Source: Mobula hypostoma
Lineage: Eukaryota
DNA length: 64,000 bases
Assembly (NCBI RefSeq): GCF_963921235.1
Contig: NC_086097.1
Coordinates: 147,934,001-147,998,000 of the forward strand
Reading direction: 5' to 3'
The notes beneath the pieces were generated by a model. That model had not been told where the DNA came from, ran no database searches, and was given only the letters and a program-made list of their open reading frames with translations. Positions 1 to 13,650 of the stretch are shown here, in pieces (positions within the stretch are counted from its first letter, which is position 1; each line of letters starts with the position of its first letter). Made by a program: the position numbers and the translations under genes.

Positions 1-2098
1 CTGTTCCTGAGCCTGGTGGTATGTGCTTTTAGGCATTTGTATCTCCTCTCTAATGGAAGAAGAGAGAATGTGTTAGATGGGTTGGAATCTTTGAATATGT
101 TAGCTGCTTTACTGAGGTAGCAAGAAGTATAGATAGGGTCTAGGAATGGAAGGCTCATTTCCATGATGGTTGAGACTTGTTCACAGCTCTGCAGTTTCTT
201 GCAGTCTCTGGCAGATGCATATCAAGCCAAGATGCACCTGGATAAAATACTTTTAATGATGCATTAATTTGAAAAAAAATAGTGTGGGCCAAAGGGACAT
301 GCCAAAGTTCTTCAGCTTCCTTAACTGACATTTTGCAAGTAATTTTTGCAAAATTACATAGTCATAATGGTAGCGCATTTCATCTGGCAGAACCCCTTTG
401 ACTATCCGTATATGTGCTGTTCCAAGGGCCCCTGAGCACAAAAAGCCATACACACAAAATCTACCTCTTTTGTTTGTATTGTGGGATAACACTGTGAATA
501 TACTGACTGCCTGATTATTAAGTAACAAAGCAGACATGTTCTGAACGATGTATTAAGTAGCAGGGATATATCTTTAACAATGTGTTCATACAGGAGATGG
601 CCACTTAGCATCTTCCCTATTCTTAACATGACAGGTTCAATGAAGGCCAGGAAACATGAACATCCATCTGTTCACGTGTATAATTACAATAATGTGGAAT
701 CAGAATGCCCTATACCCAATGACTGGTTCCAATGGTCTTTGAGTATCGGTGGAAGTTAAATTATAAAGAGTTTTGTTTGAAGACAATTCCATTTTAATTG
801 GTGCCTGCCATCCACATAATTAAATAACTCCAGAACAACCTCTTGGAACACTAGTTTAAGACTCTCCACAGTATCACCAGAGTACGAGGCAAAGTCAACT
901 GATTATTTCTTTCATGAGAAATTAAGTACTGCATGTTCAGAACTTACACAGAGATGTTGTTCTGGTGTGCTAGTTGTTACTACTACAAAATCTGCCACCT
1001 CTCTACCAGAATGGTGACTGATATCATATGGGTCACTTGAATATGCTCTCGTTACACCTTGATGGTATCTAGGTATCAACTTTTATTTTTCCCTAAAAAG
1101 TGAAGCTTCACTGCAGCAGAACACACCATTATGAAATACTTAAAATTCATGCCATGACTATCTTGTAGTTCTGGCAATGATTGTGTTTGGTCTTTTCTAT
1201 GAAGAATTCCTTGGCTTGTTATGCACTCGCAATACATCATGGCCACCTCAAAGTGAGGACTCCAACAAAAGGTGGTGAAACATGAGGGGATGGGGGGGGG
1301 GGTTGCTGAGGTGAAACATTGGTTCCATGTTGCATTTTCAGTCGGAGTCCCGTTGTTGAAAGCAATAGGGTTGATATTGAGAGAGTGTTGGTGAGAAATG
1401 ACTGTTTGTGTATGAAAATGTCACACTGCATTGATCAGATTCATTTGACATGACAGAAATAAAATGCATTGGTTCACCTGCTGAGACTTCATCTTTTGTA
1501 CTCTATTATGTATCTTTAAATGGAGTTTCATGGGGAATTCTTCATTAATGAACTATGATGGATCTTCTTTGGCTTGAAATGTTAACTCACTAGATTAGTG
1601 CTATAGATCTCCGAAATTGTTGTGGAGCATTAACAGCAACAGCTCAACATTTCCTGAACTATATCATTACTACCAACCATGGGAATCAACCTCAGTTCAG
1701 TGAGAAGTGTAGAGGAAGCAAGCAAAGACCAGCACCATGTATCTTTAAAAGTGATGAGGACCCAATCTAGTGAAGACTTAATCCTTGGCTGCACATGTGC
1801 TAAATGATGTGCAAGTGAAAGCGCTAAGTGATCTCACAACCAATGGATCAGATTGGAACTTTGCAGGCTTGCACACCTGGGTGTGAATGGTAGTGGCAGT
1901 GAAACAGCTAACAGGAGTAGGAGGTCCTAAGGACATTCCTACTGTAGTTGAACTCAGCATTGTGAGTGGTTAAAAAAGGCAGGATCATTCACAACCATGT
2001 TTAGCCTGAAGTGCCAAATAGAGGATCCATTGTCGTTTCTGACTCTGATCCCTACCATCAAAGAAGAGGGTCTGCACCTAATTTGTTTCATTCTAAGT

Positions 2099-2178
2099 TA
2101 GGGTCTCCCAACCTTTTTTTATGCCATAGACCAATACCATTAAGCAAGGGGTACACAGACCGCAGGTTGGGAACCCAA
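2099..2178. mobile_element. 80-bp hAT-type MITE inserted in an old LINE fragment
   Basis: Degenerate TIRs ..TCCCAACC / GGTTGGGA.. and TSD (T/C)TCTAAGT. Confidence 0.65.
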
Positions 2179-3883
2179 CTCTAAGTGAAATTGAGAAGCA
2201 GCTGAGACCATTGGATGCCACAAAGGTTATGGTACCAGATAACATCCCAGCTGTAGTAGTGAAAACTGTGTTTTACAAACACATGCATCTCTAGCCAAGT
2301 ATTCTGGTGCAGTTTTAACATCGGCATTTACCCCAAAATGTGAACTAGCTAAGTGCTGTTCACTAAAAGCAAGACGAGATGAATCTGGTAATTACCACAC
2401 AATTAATCTGTTCTTATTCAACAGGAAAATAAAAGCACTGTCCATAACAACATGCTCACTGATAACCTCTTCACCGGTTCCTGGCTTAGGTTTCATAAGG
2501 GCCAGCTGGTTCTGCATCTCGTCAGAGCCTTGGCCAAATGTGGAATGAAGAATTAAATTTCAGTGATGAGCTGAGAGTGACTGCCTTGGACGTATGAGTC
2601 GCACATGTATGATACTAAGGCATCGAGGAAAAACTGAAGTCAGTTGTAATCAAAAGGAAACGTTCTCGTGTAGGAACTATAACCTGTATAAAGAAACCAC
2701 TGGACATCATTGTAAGATTTCTATAGTGCATTGTCCTGGGTTGAATTATCTTTAGTTGTTTCTTTAATGTCTTTTCTTCCATTATATGGTCAGAAGAAAG
2801 GATGTTTGCTCATTATTTTGCACAATATTCAATTTCCTTTGGAGCTGCTCATCAAGAAAAGAAGCATATGGCTGCATGCAGCAAAGCCACTAAGAAGGAC
2901 AAGGATAGCAGGTTCTTGCAAATCTCACTACATCCAAGATTTCCTCCATCTTGATCATCAGTCTGACTTAGAAATATATTGCCAGCCCTTAATTATCACT
3001 GGGTCTAAAACTCTTATTAGAATAGCACTGTGGAAGTTGCTGCAGAGGTCCCAGAAGTTGGCTCATCATCTCCACTTCAAGAACAGTTTGGGGTGGGCAG
3101 TAAATGTTGGTCTTGCCAGGGTTGCCCAAATTCTAAAAACACCATTGCATCGCCCTATCCATTGAGTACCAATTTGATCGATATGCATGTTGTATTATGT
3201 TCACTGATATCACTAGAGACCATGTACATGGAACAGCTAACCAAAGACTTCAAATCATTTATACCAGCACTGCGAAACTGATCCAAACAAAGTATACTTT
3301 GCACCAAGGTTCTGATTGCTTATACTCAATGAAAAGTAGAAAATATGTGCATCAAGGCTTTGAGATTACTGGGCCATGGAATATTGGTGGTTAAGCCCTG
3401 CAGGATATGATGTGGTTTAATGTGTCATCTCTTGGCTGATTATTTATTACTGTGAAGAGGGAGACTTGGTCTGTATGGAGGGAAATTTACTTAGTAGGTT
3501 TCTTTTGAAAATCATTTTGTCATGAGGAACTCCTTGTATCCTTTGCAGCCAATGATACTACACTCACAAAATACTTGTTTCATTTCACTTTCGTTTCCTT
3601 ATACTGTAAGGTAGTTTCTGCTATCTCAATCCATCAAAGACCCACGTTAGCTTTAGCTTATGTTAATCTTTTTTTTCCTTTCCACATATCTGGAGAAGTT
3701 TCCTCTAGCCTTATGTTACTCACTAGCCCACACTAATACTCTACATATCTTTCGCTCGTCAGTGCCTGGGTCTTGCTTTAGTAAATGCTCAAAATTTCAC
3801 CAATTTAAACTGTCAGAGGAATTTGGGAAAATGAAATTCATGCATCAACTAATTAACAAGCACATTTTTTTTTAAAGACCAGA

Positions 3884-6678
3884 GGGAAAAAAGCGGATGA
3901 GCTTAGAGCATGAATCAGTACTTGGAGCTATGATGTTGTTGCCATTACGGAGACTTGGATGGCTCAGGGGCTGGAATGATTACTAAGAGTGCTAGGCTTT
4001 AGATATTTCAGAAAGGATAGGGAGGGAGGCAAAAGAGGGGGGTGCGTGGCACTGCTGATTAGAGATAGTGTCACGGCTGCAGAAAAGCAGGAAGTCATGG
4101 AGGGATTGTCTACTGAGTGTCTGTGGGTGGAAGTTAGAAACAGGAAGGGGTCAATAGCTCTACTGGCTGTTTTTTATAGACCACCGAATAGTAACAGGGA
4201 CATTGAGGAGCAGATAGGGAGACAGATTCTAGAAAGGTCTAATAATAACAGAGTTATCGTGATGGGAGACTTTAATTCCCCAAATTTTGATTGGCATCTC
4301 CTGAGAGCAAGGGGTTTAGATGGGGTGGAGTTTGTTAGGTGTGTTCAGGAAGGTTCCTGACACAATGTTTAGATAAGCCTACAAGAGGAGAGGCTGTACT
4401 TGATCTGATTTTGAGAAATGAACCTGGTCAGGTATCAGGTCTCTCAGTGGGAGAGCATTTTGGAGATAGTCTCCAAAACTCTGTCTCCTTTACCAGAGCA
4501 TTGGAGAGGGATACAGCAGACAAATTAGGAAAACGTTTAATTGGAGTAAGGGGAAATATGAAGCTATCGGGCAGGAACGTGGAAGCATAAATTGGGAACA
4601 AATGCTCTCAGGGAAATGTACAGCAGAAATATAGCAAATGTTCAAGGGATATCTGTGTGACTGTTTGCATAGGTATGTTCCAATGAGACAGGAAAAGGAT
4701 GGTAGTGTACAGAAACCATGGTGTACAAAGGCTGTTGAAAATCTGGTCAAGAAGAAAAGAAAAGTTTATGAAAAGTTCAATAAACTAGGTAATGATAGAG
4801 ATCAAGAAGATTATAAGGCTAGAAGGAAGGAGCTTAAGAATGAAATTAGGAGAGCCAGAAGCGGCCATGAGAAGGCCATGGCAAGCAGGATTAAAGAAAC
4901 CCCAAGACATTCGACAAGTATGTGAAGAGCAAGAGGATAAGATGTGAAATAATAGGACCAATCAAGTGTGACAGTGGAAAATTGTGTGGAACCGGAGGAG
5001 GTAGCAGAAGTACTTAATTAATACTTCAGTATTCACTACGAAATAGGATGTTGGTGATTGTAGGGATGACTTACAGCAGACTGAAAAGCTTGAGCATACA
5101 GACATTAAGAAAGAGGATGTGCTGGAGCTTTTGGAAAGCATCAAGTTGGATAAGTCTCCGGGACCGGATGAGATGTATCCCAGGCTACTGTGGGAGGCGA
5201 GGGAAGAGATTGCTGATCCTCTGACAATGATCTTTGCATCATCAATAGGGACAGGAGAGATTCCGGAGGGCTGAAGGGTTGCAGTTGTTGTTCCCTTATT
5301 CAAGAAAAGGAGTAGAGATGGCCCAGGAAGTTACAGACCAGTGAGTCTTATTTCAGTGGTTGGTAAGTTGATGGAAAAGATCCCGAGAGGCAGGATTTAT
5401 GAACATTTGGAGAGGCATAATATGATTAGGAATAGTCAGCATGGCTTTGTCAAAGGCAGGTCGTGCCTTACTAGTCTGATTAAATTTTTTCAGGATGTGA
5501 CTATACGCATTGATCAAGGTAGAGCAGCAGATGTAGTGTGTATGGATTTCCGCATGGCTTTTGGTTAGGTACCTCATGCAAGACTTATTGAGAAAGTAAG
5601 AAGGCATGGGATCCAAGGGGACCTTACTTTGTGGAGCCAAAATTGGCTTGCCCACAGAAGGCAAAGAGTGGTTGTAGATGGATCATATTCTGCATAGAGA
5701 TCGGTGACCAGTGGTGTGCCTCAGGGATCTGTTCTGGGACCCCTTCTCTTTGTGATGTTTATAAATGACCTGGATGAGGACGTGGAGGGATGGGTTAGTA
5801 AATTTGCTGATGACACAAAGGTTGGGGGTGTTGTGGATAGTATGGAGGGCAGTCAGATGTTACAATGGGACATCGATAGGATGCAAAACTGGGCTGAGAA
5901 GTGGTAGGTGGAGTTCAACCCAAATGTATGAGGTGGTTCATTTTGGTAGGTCAATATGATGGCAGAATATAGTATTAATGGCAAGACTCTTGGCAGTGTG
6001 GAGGATCAGAGGGATCTTGGGGTCCGAGTCCATAGGACACTCAAAGCTGCTGCACAGGTTGATCATGTGGTTAAGAAGGCATACATCAACCGTGGGATTG
6101 AGTTTAAGAGTCGATAGGTAATATTACAGCTATATAGGACCCTGGTCAGACCCCACTTGGAGTTCTGTGCTCAGTTCTGGTCACCTCACTACAGGAAGGA
6201 TGTGGAAACTACAGAAAGGCTGTAGAGGAGATTTACAAGGACGTTGCCTGGATTGGGGAGCATGCCTTATGAGAATAGGATGAGTGAACTCAGACTTTTC
6301 TTCTTGAAGCGCTGGAGAATGAGAGGTGACCTAATAGAGGTGTATAAGATGATGAGAGGCATTGATCTTGTGGATAGTCAAAGGCTTTTTCCCAAGGCTG
6401 AAATGGCTTACACGAGAGGGCACAGTTTTAAGGTGATTGGAAGTAGGTACAGAGGAGATGTCAGAGGTAAGTTTTTTATGCAGAGTGGTGAGTGCATGGA
6501 ATGGGCTGCCGGCGACGGTGGTGGAGGCAAATGCAATAGGGTCTTTTAAGAGACTTTTGGATGGGTACATGGAGCTTAGAAAATAGAGGGCTGTGGGTAA
6601 CCCCAGGTAATTTCTAAATTAAGTACATGTTCAGCACAGCATTGTGTATTGTATTGCTGTAGGTTTTCTATGTTTCTA
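3884..6678 (+). mobile_element. CR1 LINE, 5'-truncated, decayed ORF2
   Basis: EN motifs (YRPPN, MGDFN), RT motifs ([20 protein letters not shown]) and 3' tail ttctatgtttcta. Multiple stops. Confidence 0.92.
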
Positions 6679-7249
6679 ACAAAGTCTATCAGGATGCAGT
6701 GACTTGTTGGCATGTAGTTTCAACCTCTTATAGCACCACTTGCAATTTGCCTGATTTTTCCCTCCTTTCCAGCTGTTGATTTATAGCTGAGATATCACTT
6801 GTATCCACTATTGACAAGAATGGTTCAAAATATTTATTTAATTCATCTGCCATGCCCTGGTTTTCTAGACTCACCTTCTGTAGGACCAGTGCTTACTTCA
6901 TTGATTTCTTTCATTTTAAAATATCAAGAGAAACAGTTAGAATCTGTTCTTATATTTTTGTGGCTAACTTTATCTTGTACTTCATAATCTTCCTCCCTTG
7001 CTAAGCTTTTAATCATCCATTGCTATTTTTTATATTCTGCTTGCTTTTCTGGCCTGTTATTATTCATCTTCTGAATATAACAGTGAAATATTGTTATACT
7101 GAATCCACTTTTTTTTCTGGCGCTGTTGTCGCCAGACTTTTCCAATCTGCAGAGGTTTTTTTCTGCCTTTATGTATGTTCTTCCTCTTTTTAATGTTGAT
7201 CCTTCCTCCTTTAATATACTACAACAGACTTTTGAAATGGATATCATGA

Positions 7250-7800
7250 AGAGTATGAGAATCAGGTCCAGCTGCATAAAACTTTGGTTAGGTTGCACTT
7301 GAAGTATTTTGTTTAGTTATTGTCACCCCATTACAGGAAGGATGTAGAGGCATTGGAAAGGGTACAGTAGTGCTTTGTCAAGTTGCTACTTGGATTAGAA
7401 AGTATCAGCTAGAAGGAGTTGGATTATTTTCTGGTAAACTACAGGCTGAAGAGAGAACGGATAGAAGTATATAAAATTATGAATGGCATAGATAGGATAG
7501 ACAGAATCTTTTTCGCCAGGTTAGAAATGTCAAACACTAGTTTTAAGGTGAGGGGGGGAAGGTTAAAGGGTTACGGGGTCAAATTTTACACAAAGTGGTA
7601 GGTGCCGAGAACACGCTGTTAGAGTTAATAGTGGAAGCAGATACCATGTTGGTGTTCAAGAAATTCTTGTATAAACACATGAATATGGAAGAAATAGAGG
7701 GATATGGGACAGGTACAGTCAGAGGGAATTAGTTCAATTTGGCATCATGCTCAGTTGAGCCTTTATAGGCTGAAGGGCCTGTTCCTGTTCTGTTCTCTAT
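7250..7800 (+). mobile_element. Old CR1 3' fragment
   Basis: Degenerate match to the 3' ORF2/UTR of the other CR1 copies, ending gaagggcctgttcctgttctgttctctat. Confidence 0.75.
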
Positions 7801-8845
7801 AGAGCTTTCTTTCCCTTTAGCGGAGCAACCTGGTTATACAACACGTTAAATTATCTTTTGAACACTTTTAACAGATATCCTGTTGTTTGACCCAGTTACA
7901 AATGTGTCTACTGTGAATAGTTTCTGTTCTATTACATGGAAGTCAGCCCTGCCTCAATCTGAAATCCAAGTAGTTATTTCTTATTTCTGTCTTTCAGTTG
8001 TTCCCCATTGTATGATGATTATCATTAGATAAATGTTCTCCCTTCATCAGTCTTTTAATTAACTTTGGCTTATTACTCATTAATAAATCTAATATGGTCT
8101 GCACCCTGTTGTCTATGCAGAAAATAATGCTGAACGCACAAGAAATTCACTTGTCTTTTTGCAGTAAGCTAGACTGATTTGTACCAATAGAGTAACAAAG
8201 GTTGTCAGAATGGAGATAAAATATTGAAGATGCTGGAATTTTGACCAAAAAGTAAATTGCTAGAAGAACAGTATCTATGGAAGCAGTTTAGGTTGAGAAT
8301 TGCATCAGGACAGCAATGGATTTCTACTGTGGTCACTTCAGTGCACTGAGCGCACAAATGGTTTGGCTATATGCTAAGAAAGGGAGATTGTTTAATGTTT
8401 GGAGTTAATAGCAAAATAGTTTGTTTTATTTTAAGAAGTCTGTGGTAACTTCCAAAGGAATTTTGGTTGGACTGGAGAGTAAGTTTTAAAAAAAAGTGAA
8501 AGATGCAATTTGTTGCAATTAAATTGTAACGCAATGCATTTTTGCAGGAAAGGATCAGGAGTAATCACACTTTGAACAGAAACTGGCTCAGTCATGTGGA
8601 TAAAATAGTAATTTGAGCCAATGGTTCATGAGCCAGTTAATATAAAAGCTAATTGAATTTTTGATTTTATCACAACAAAGACCTTATAGTACTCGTACAA
8701 TGCTGGGCTCTACGCTGTTGAAAGAATACAGATACTTCAGAAGTTGTACAACAGAGCTTTATTATGATTGGTAATTTTAAGAGAATTGTTACACCACAAG
8801 GTTTGTGGATCTGGCCGGTAAGGCAGAAGACTCAAATTCTACTTA

Positions 8846-9075
8846 CACCTCAAAATTGCTGGTGAACGCAGCAGGCCAAGCAGCATCTGTAGGAAGAGGT
8901 GCAGTCGACGTTTCAGGCCGAGACCCTTCGTCAGGACTGTCCTGACTAAGGGTCTCGGCCTGAAACGTCGACTGCACCTCTTCCTACAGATGCTGCTTGG
9001 CCTGCTGCGTTCACCAGCAACTTTGATGTGTGTTGCTTGAATTTCCAGCATCTGCAGAATTCCTGTTGTTTGCGT
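8846..9075. mobile_element. Penelope-like mini-element: inverted pLTR duplication with hammerhead motifs
   Basis: Palindrome with ~92-bp arms centred on 8938. Flanked by 14-bp TSD TCAAATTCTACTTA (8832-8845 / 9076-9089). Confidence 0.85.
8903..8938 (-). ncRNA. Minimal type I hammerhead ribozyme motif
   Basis: Same 36-nt motif as 30098-30133, on the minus strand. Confidence 0.75.
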
Positions 9076-9113
9076 TCAAATTCTACTTATCTGTTTTAAG
9101 ACTTTCTTTATTA

Positions 9114-10372
9114 CAGGGGTCCCCAACCGTTTTTGCGCTGCGGACCGGTTTAATAGTGACAATATTCTTGCGGACCGGCCGACCCCGGGGGGGGGAGGGG
9201 GCGAGGGGGGGTAGGGTTGCCAACGGACAAGAGTAGCAGTCAAAAAATATGTTGTGTTTACCCTGAGAAAGACTACAATGATCATGGAGACTTGTGCGGA
9301 CACCAGTGCGCATGCGTGACCTGCGCATGGGTGTACCTGCTGATATCATTCTCTGCAAATCGTTTTCGGCGATTCTGTTCGGTGGGGGGGGGGTGTTAAT
9401 CACGACTGGAATATTGGTAATAAGGGGCTAATACACTCAATTTCGTTTCTAAAAGGGTTTATCTAACGAATTTAATATTAAACACACAACGCATATTTTC
9501 CTCGCATGAATATAGTGATAAGTCAATCATCAGGGGAGGACGGGGAGCTTGAAGTAAGTGTTGAAAAAACTTCCAGTAGAAGTGGTAGAGGCAGGTTCGA
9601 TATTATTTAAAGAAAAATTGGATAGGTATATGGACAGGAAAGGAATGGAGGGTTATGGGCTGAGTGCAGGTCGGTGGAACTAGGTGAGAGTAGCTTTCGG
9701 CACGGACTAGAAGGGCCGAGATTGCCTGTTTCCGTGCTGTAATTGTTATATGGTTATATAAGTCACTTATCAGTCAATAGCATCATAACATCTTAAGTAG
9801 TGTTTGGATATTAAACACACGGCACATATTTTCCCCGTATGAACATGTAAAATCATTGCAACACACCAATATCGCTGAATCAGTGGGAGCCCTGGGCTTG
9901 CTTTCCTGCAACAAGACGGTCCTATCGAGGGGTGATCGGAGATAGCGATACTCGAAGGGAGTTCCTTATGTCCAGTCTATTCCGCAATTTAGTTTTCGTT
10001 GCATTCATTGCAGAGATATGTCGGAAATGGAAGCAACGTTTTCAGTGCTTTCGTGGCTATCTCAGGATATTTAGCCTTGACTTTGATCCAGAATGCCGGC
10101 AGAGATGTTATGTCAAATATACTTTTCAGCCTGCCGTCATTTGCAAGCTCGAGGAGTTGATCTCCTTCCCGCGCTGACATGGATGATGCGTGGGTAATGA
10201 CCTCGTGTGCGTTCAAGCTCAACAGTGGGGGTGACAGGGAATGAGGAAAGGTGCAGCTGACTCATATCGCCAAATCATATCGTTTCCTCGCGGACTGGTA
10301 GCAAATGCTCTGCAGCCCGGTACCGGTCTGCAGCCCGGTACCGGTCCACAGCCCGGTGGTTGGGAACCGCTG
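9114..10372 (-). mobile_element. Non-autonomous hAT (Buster/Charlie-like) transposon
   Basis: Imperfect TIRs CAGGGGTCCCCAACC / GGTTGGGAACCGCTG and 8-bp TSD CTTTATTA. Transposase C-terminal remnant FWIKVKAKYPEIATKALKTLLPFPTYLC. Confidence 0.92.
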
Positions 10373-11354
10373 CTTTATTAGGACGGAACAGAGCAAGCAT
10401 TAAAATACTTATCTTGATGTGCATGAGCCCCCATCACTTCAGCACACCTCCTGTTCTGCCTGATCCGCAGCGACATTCGTGATCCAGCCCGTCGGTGAAA
10501 CCCCAATAAACTTCCTTTGAGCCCCCGACCACTTTAGAATCACCCCTCTGGATGATTGCGTGTTTTAGCATTGTACAGCCTACACCAGCATTCTTTACCT
10601 TTCCTTAGCAGTTGGGGAATTACATTCATGGCAGGGACCATCAAGTTGAACTGCTTATAACTGAGGAAGTACTACCCCATAAAGTACTGACCGTCTTTCA
10701 CTGTCCCATTAACAAAATTCTTAGAAAGAAAACAAATGCACAGACTATCCAAAACATATAACACATTACAATTACTTAAGATTGCAAGCTCTCTACTGAC
10801 ATTTAGGGTATTAATGAAGGTCTTCCATGTCTGGCGATGTTCAGGGCTTCCTTCATTGTGTCAGTAGCTCAGTTTTCACTACCATCAGTCATGCAAGTTC
10901 CAGGTGAAGACTCTAGAATGCTTCTCCACTGCTGTTTCCATAACAATTTTGTTTTACCAGTCAGGGTTGTTAGCCTTGAGTTGAACCCCAAATTTGGAGG
11001 AACAGTGGACTGCTCTTGATCTGGTCTTTACCCTTACCAAGAGCCAAAATATAAAGCCCTGACTCCAGTCCAGGTCACTGAGGCACAGAACCCTCCAAAC
11101 CACAAAAAGGTTGTAGTACTCTTGCAGAAAGATTTTGAAGCAGTAATGATCAAATAATTAAGTTAGTCATTCCTTGTTGCATAAATGAAGTCACCAGAGA
11201 AAAGTATTGATAGATACAAAGCAGCTTCTTTATTCAGCAAAACAAGGTATAGCAGGCATCATATGGAGACGTTTTTGGTCAAAAGGTCTGGCTGACCCAA
11301 TGTGAAGCTCAAAATTTTATGTGCTAAACATCAAAGGCCAATTCCATATTTACA

Positions 11355-11825
11355 TTGTATCTCTACTTCCTGAGAAGACTGAGCTTCTCTGGAGTATGCA
11401 GGCCTCTCCTTCACATGTTCTACCAGTCTGTTGCCAGTACAATCTTCTATGCAGTGGTGTGCTGGAGCGACAACATCAACATGGGTGATGCCAATAGGCT
11501 CAATAAACTGTTTAGAAAAGTTGGCTCTGTTATAGGAGTCAAACTGGACAAACTGGAGGCCATAGTAGAACAGAGGAGCACTTTTAGTAATAGACTAAGA
11601 CCACTGTGCTGCTGCAATATGAGGTTTTTTGAGGTTATTTTTACTCTTGGCCAAGGCTGTATAGTGAGTCAAGCTATAGCCAAGGAGGTGATGACCACTT
11701 CCTGTTAGACTGTTTGAGGTAACTTTTTTTTTATTCTTTCTTATTTCTTTTCTAATATTTTTATATAGTATTTGTGTATTTGTGTACTTGTAATCAATAA
11801 AGTATCTATCTATCTATCTGTATCT
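11355..11825 (+). mobile_element. Rex1/Babar LINE 3' fragment
   Basis: LYFLRRL..FYQSV.STIFYAVVCW motif, and aataaag followed by a (tatc)n tail. Confidence 0.8.
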
Positions 11826-12800
11826 ACAATGCATTCTTTGAAACTACACACAGCCTTTACTCCTCCTGATTCACACCCACAATACAGACATCAAGATGAA
11901 TTTTAATCTGCATTGTCTAGTCTGAGATTCACTGCTTTTGGAAAAACCCATTGCTCAGAGCTGCACTGCAAATTAAGTCCACTAATTTATCCTCAGACCC
12001 GAAGACTGATGGCCAAAGTAATTTGCTAAATGTAAATGTACTAAACCAAAATGTTGCTGTAACACTTGTCATCATGGTTCATCTTGCTTCTGGTTCCCTA
12101 GTCTGGTGGCACCAATAGCTTAATGTGCAATGCATGGACCCAAGTTGGCTTCCTCTGAGTGGCATATGTGGTTTGCAGTTCTTGAAATGCACCTTCCCAC
12201 AAGGGCTCAAGGTATTGGTAGATCTCACCAATACTTAATCTCCTGGTAGCTATGTATGGCATGCTGCAGTCATCATGACCTTCTTGGGCTTCAAACACCT
12301 GTTGCTGGTAACCTGGTAGTAGTGCTACACAAAACTGCCACGTTCTTTTACTCATGGATATTCGTTTGTTTAATCAAAAGGGGAGGAGCAACTGTCAAGT
12401 ACATGGGATATCCAAATACTATGTTATGCAGAGATAGGCCTTTTACAAGGTTTGGAACGTAGAGCATTGTCTTAGACCCAGTGGAAGCATCTTTGACCAC
12501 TTTAGTCCAGGTTCCTAACACAATATAGCCAACCAGTTTTTCCGGACCCCATTTTGACTTTTTACTGCCCCCAGAGATTGTGTGTGGTACGGTTAAGCAG
12601 TGTGATGTTTACACTGCAAGGTTTTTGTTAACTCCTCTATCACTTTACCGGTAAAGTGAGGACTGTTATCACTCAGGGATTTCAAACCTTGAAATAAATT
12701 CTAGGAGTTTAGGAACAATTACAGCATCATTTCTATAAGTTAGATAGACTTCTAACCATTGAGGAAATAAACATACATTAACAAGTGCTTAGTTAAAACA

Positions 12801-13650
12801 TCCTCTTGCAATCAGTGTATGACACCCTTCCTTCACCATTGCATCTTTACACATGGGGGATGAGAGAGGACCCAAACTGTAAGCTCTGTAGTCAAAAGGG
12901 GACACAGGTTCATATACTGTCCGAGTGTAAAACAGCTCTAACTCAAGGAAGGTATAGGTGGCGCCATGATAGGGTGCTCCTGGCTCTTGCTGACACACTA
13001 AAGCGGGAGAGATGCAAGAAGAGGACGGCTGGCACAGATTTGAGGAAGGCCATCACCTTCATCAAAGAGGGAGCTAGGCCGTTGGTAACCAAACAACCAA
13101 AGCCCAATCTGCTGCTAATGGCCAGGTCCTGGGAGATGAGGGTCGATGTGGGAAGGAGGTTGCAGTTTCCAGATGTGGTGCACACAACCCTACGCCTGGA
13201 CATTGTACTGTGGTCAACCGAAAGACCTTGAAGTACCAGCCCTTAGTGCAGGAGTGTAAAGACAAGGGATGGCCCGCATGGTTGTTCCCGGTGGAGATTG
13301 GCTCCAGAGTTTTCCCAGCCAAATCAGCATGGCAGTTGTTGTCAGATCTGGGCCTGGACGAAAGGAGCAAAAAACAAGCAGCTCATAGGATGGGGGAAGA
13401 GGCAGAACAAGTGTCTTGTTGGATTTGGAGTAGGCGAGAGGAGGGAAGCTGGAAGCCAGGAGCAGATGGGCAGTAATTTGGCCACCACTGCCGGCCCAGC
13501 AACTGGAGAGTGTTGTGGTTAAGGGTCAAAACACTCTGTGAAGGTTGGGAACCACCTGATGATATCTGCTCCTGGCTGAAGGCTACGGTTACCTTATAAG
13601 GTAACTGGAGAATGCACCCTAACAGGTGTATATAACAAGGTAATTGCATA
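12801..13650 (+). mobile_element. 3' fragment of REL-endonuclease non-LTR retrotransposon (HERO-like)
   Basis: SVYDTLPSP, CKLC..HILSEC (CCHC), RYRWRHDRVL, LR.DIVLWS and KY..L..EC..KGW...PVEIG.R, followed by a 3' UTR. Confidence 0.8.

Larger units (their letters stand above)
8790..10535. repeat. Unclassified (possibly solo-LTR) repeat, copy A, interrupted by PLE and hAT
   Basis: After removing the insertions it aligns over ~210 bp with 18290-19125. Confidence 0.65.

Noticed and set aside
10306..10358. Three tandem ~17-bp units (cagcccggtaccggtc..), superficially CRISPR-like
   Set aside because: Subterminal repeats of the hAT element, with no spacers and in a eukaryotic context.
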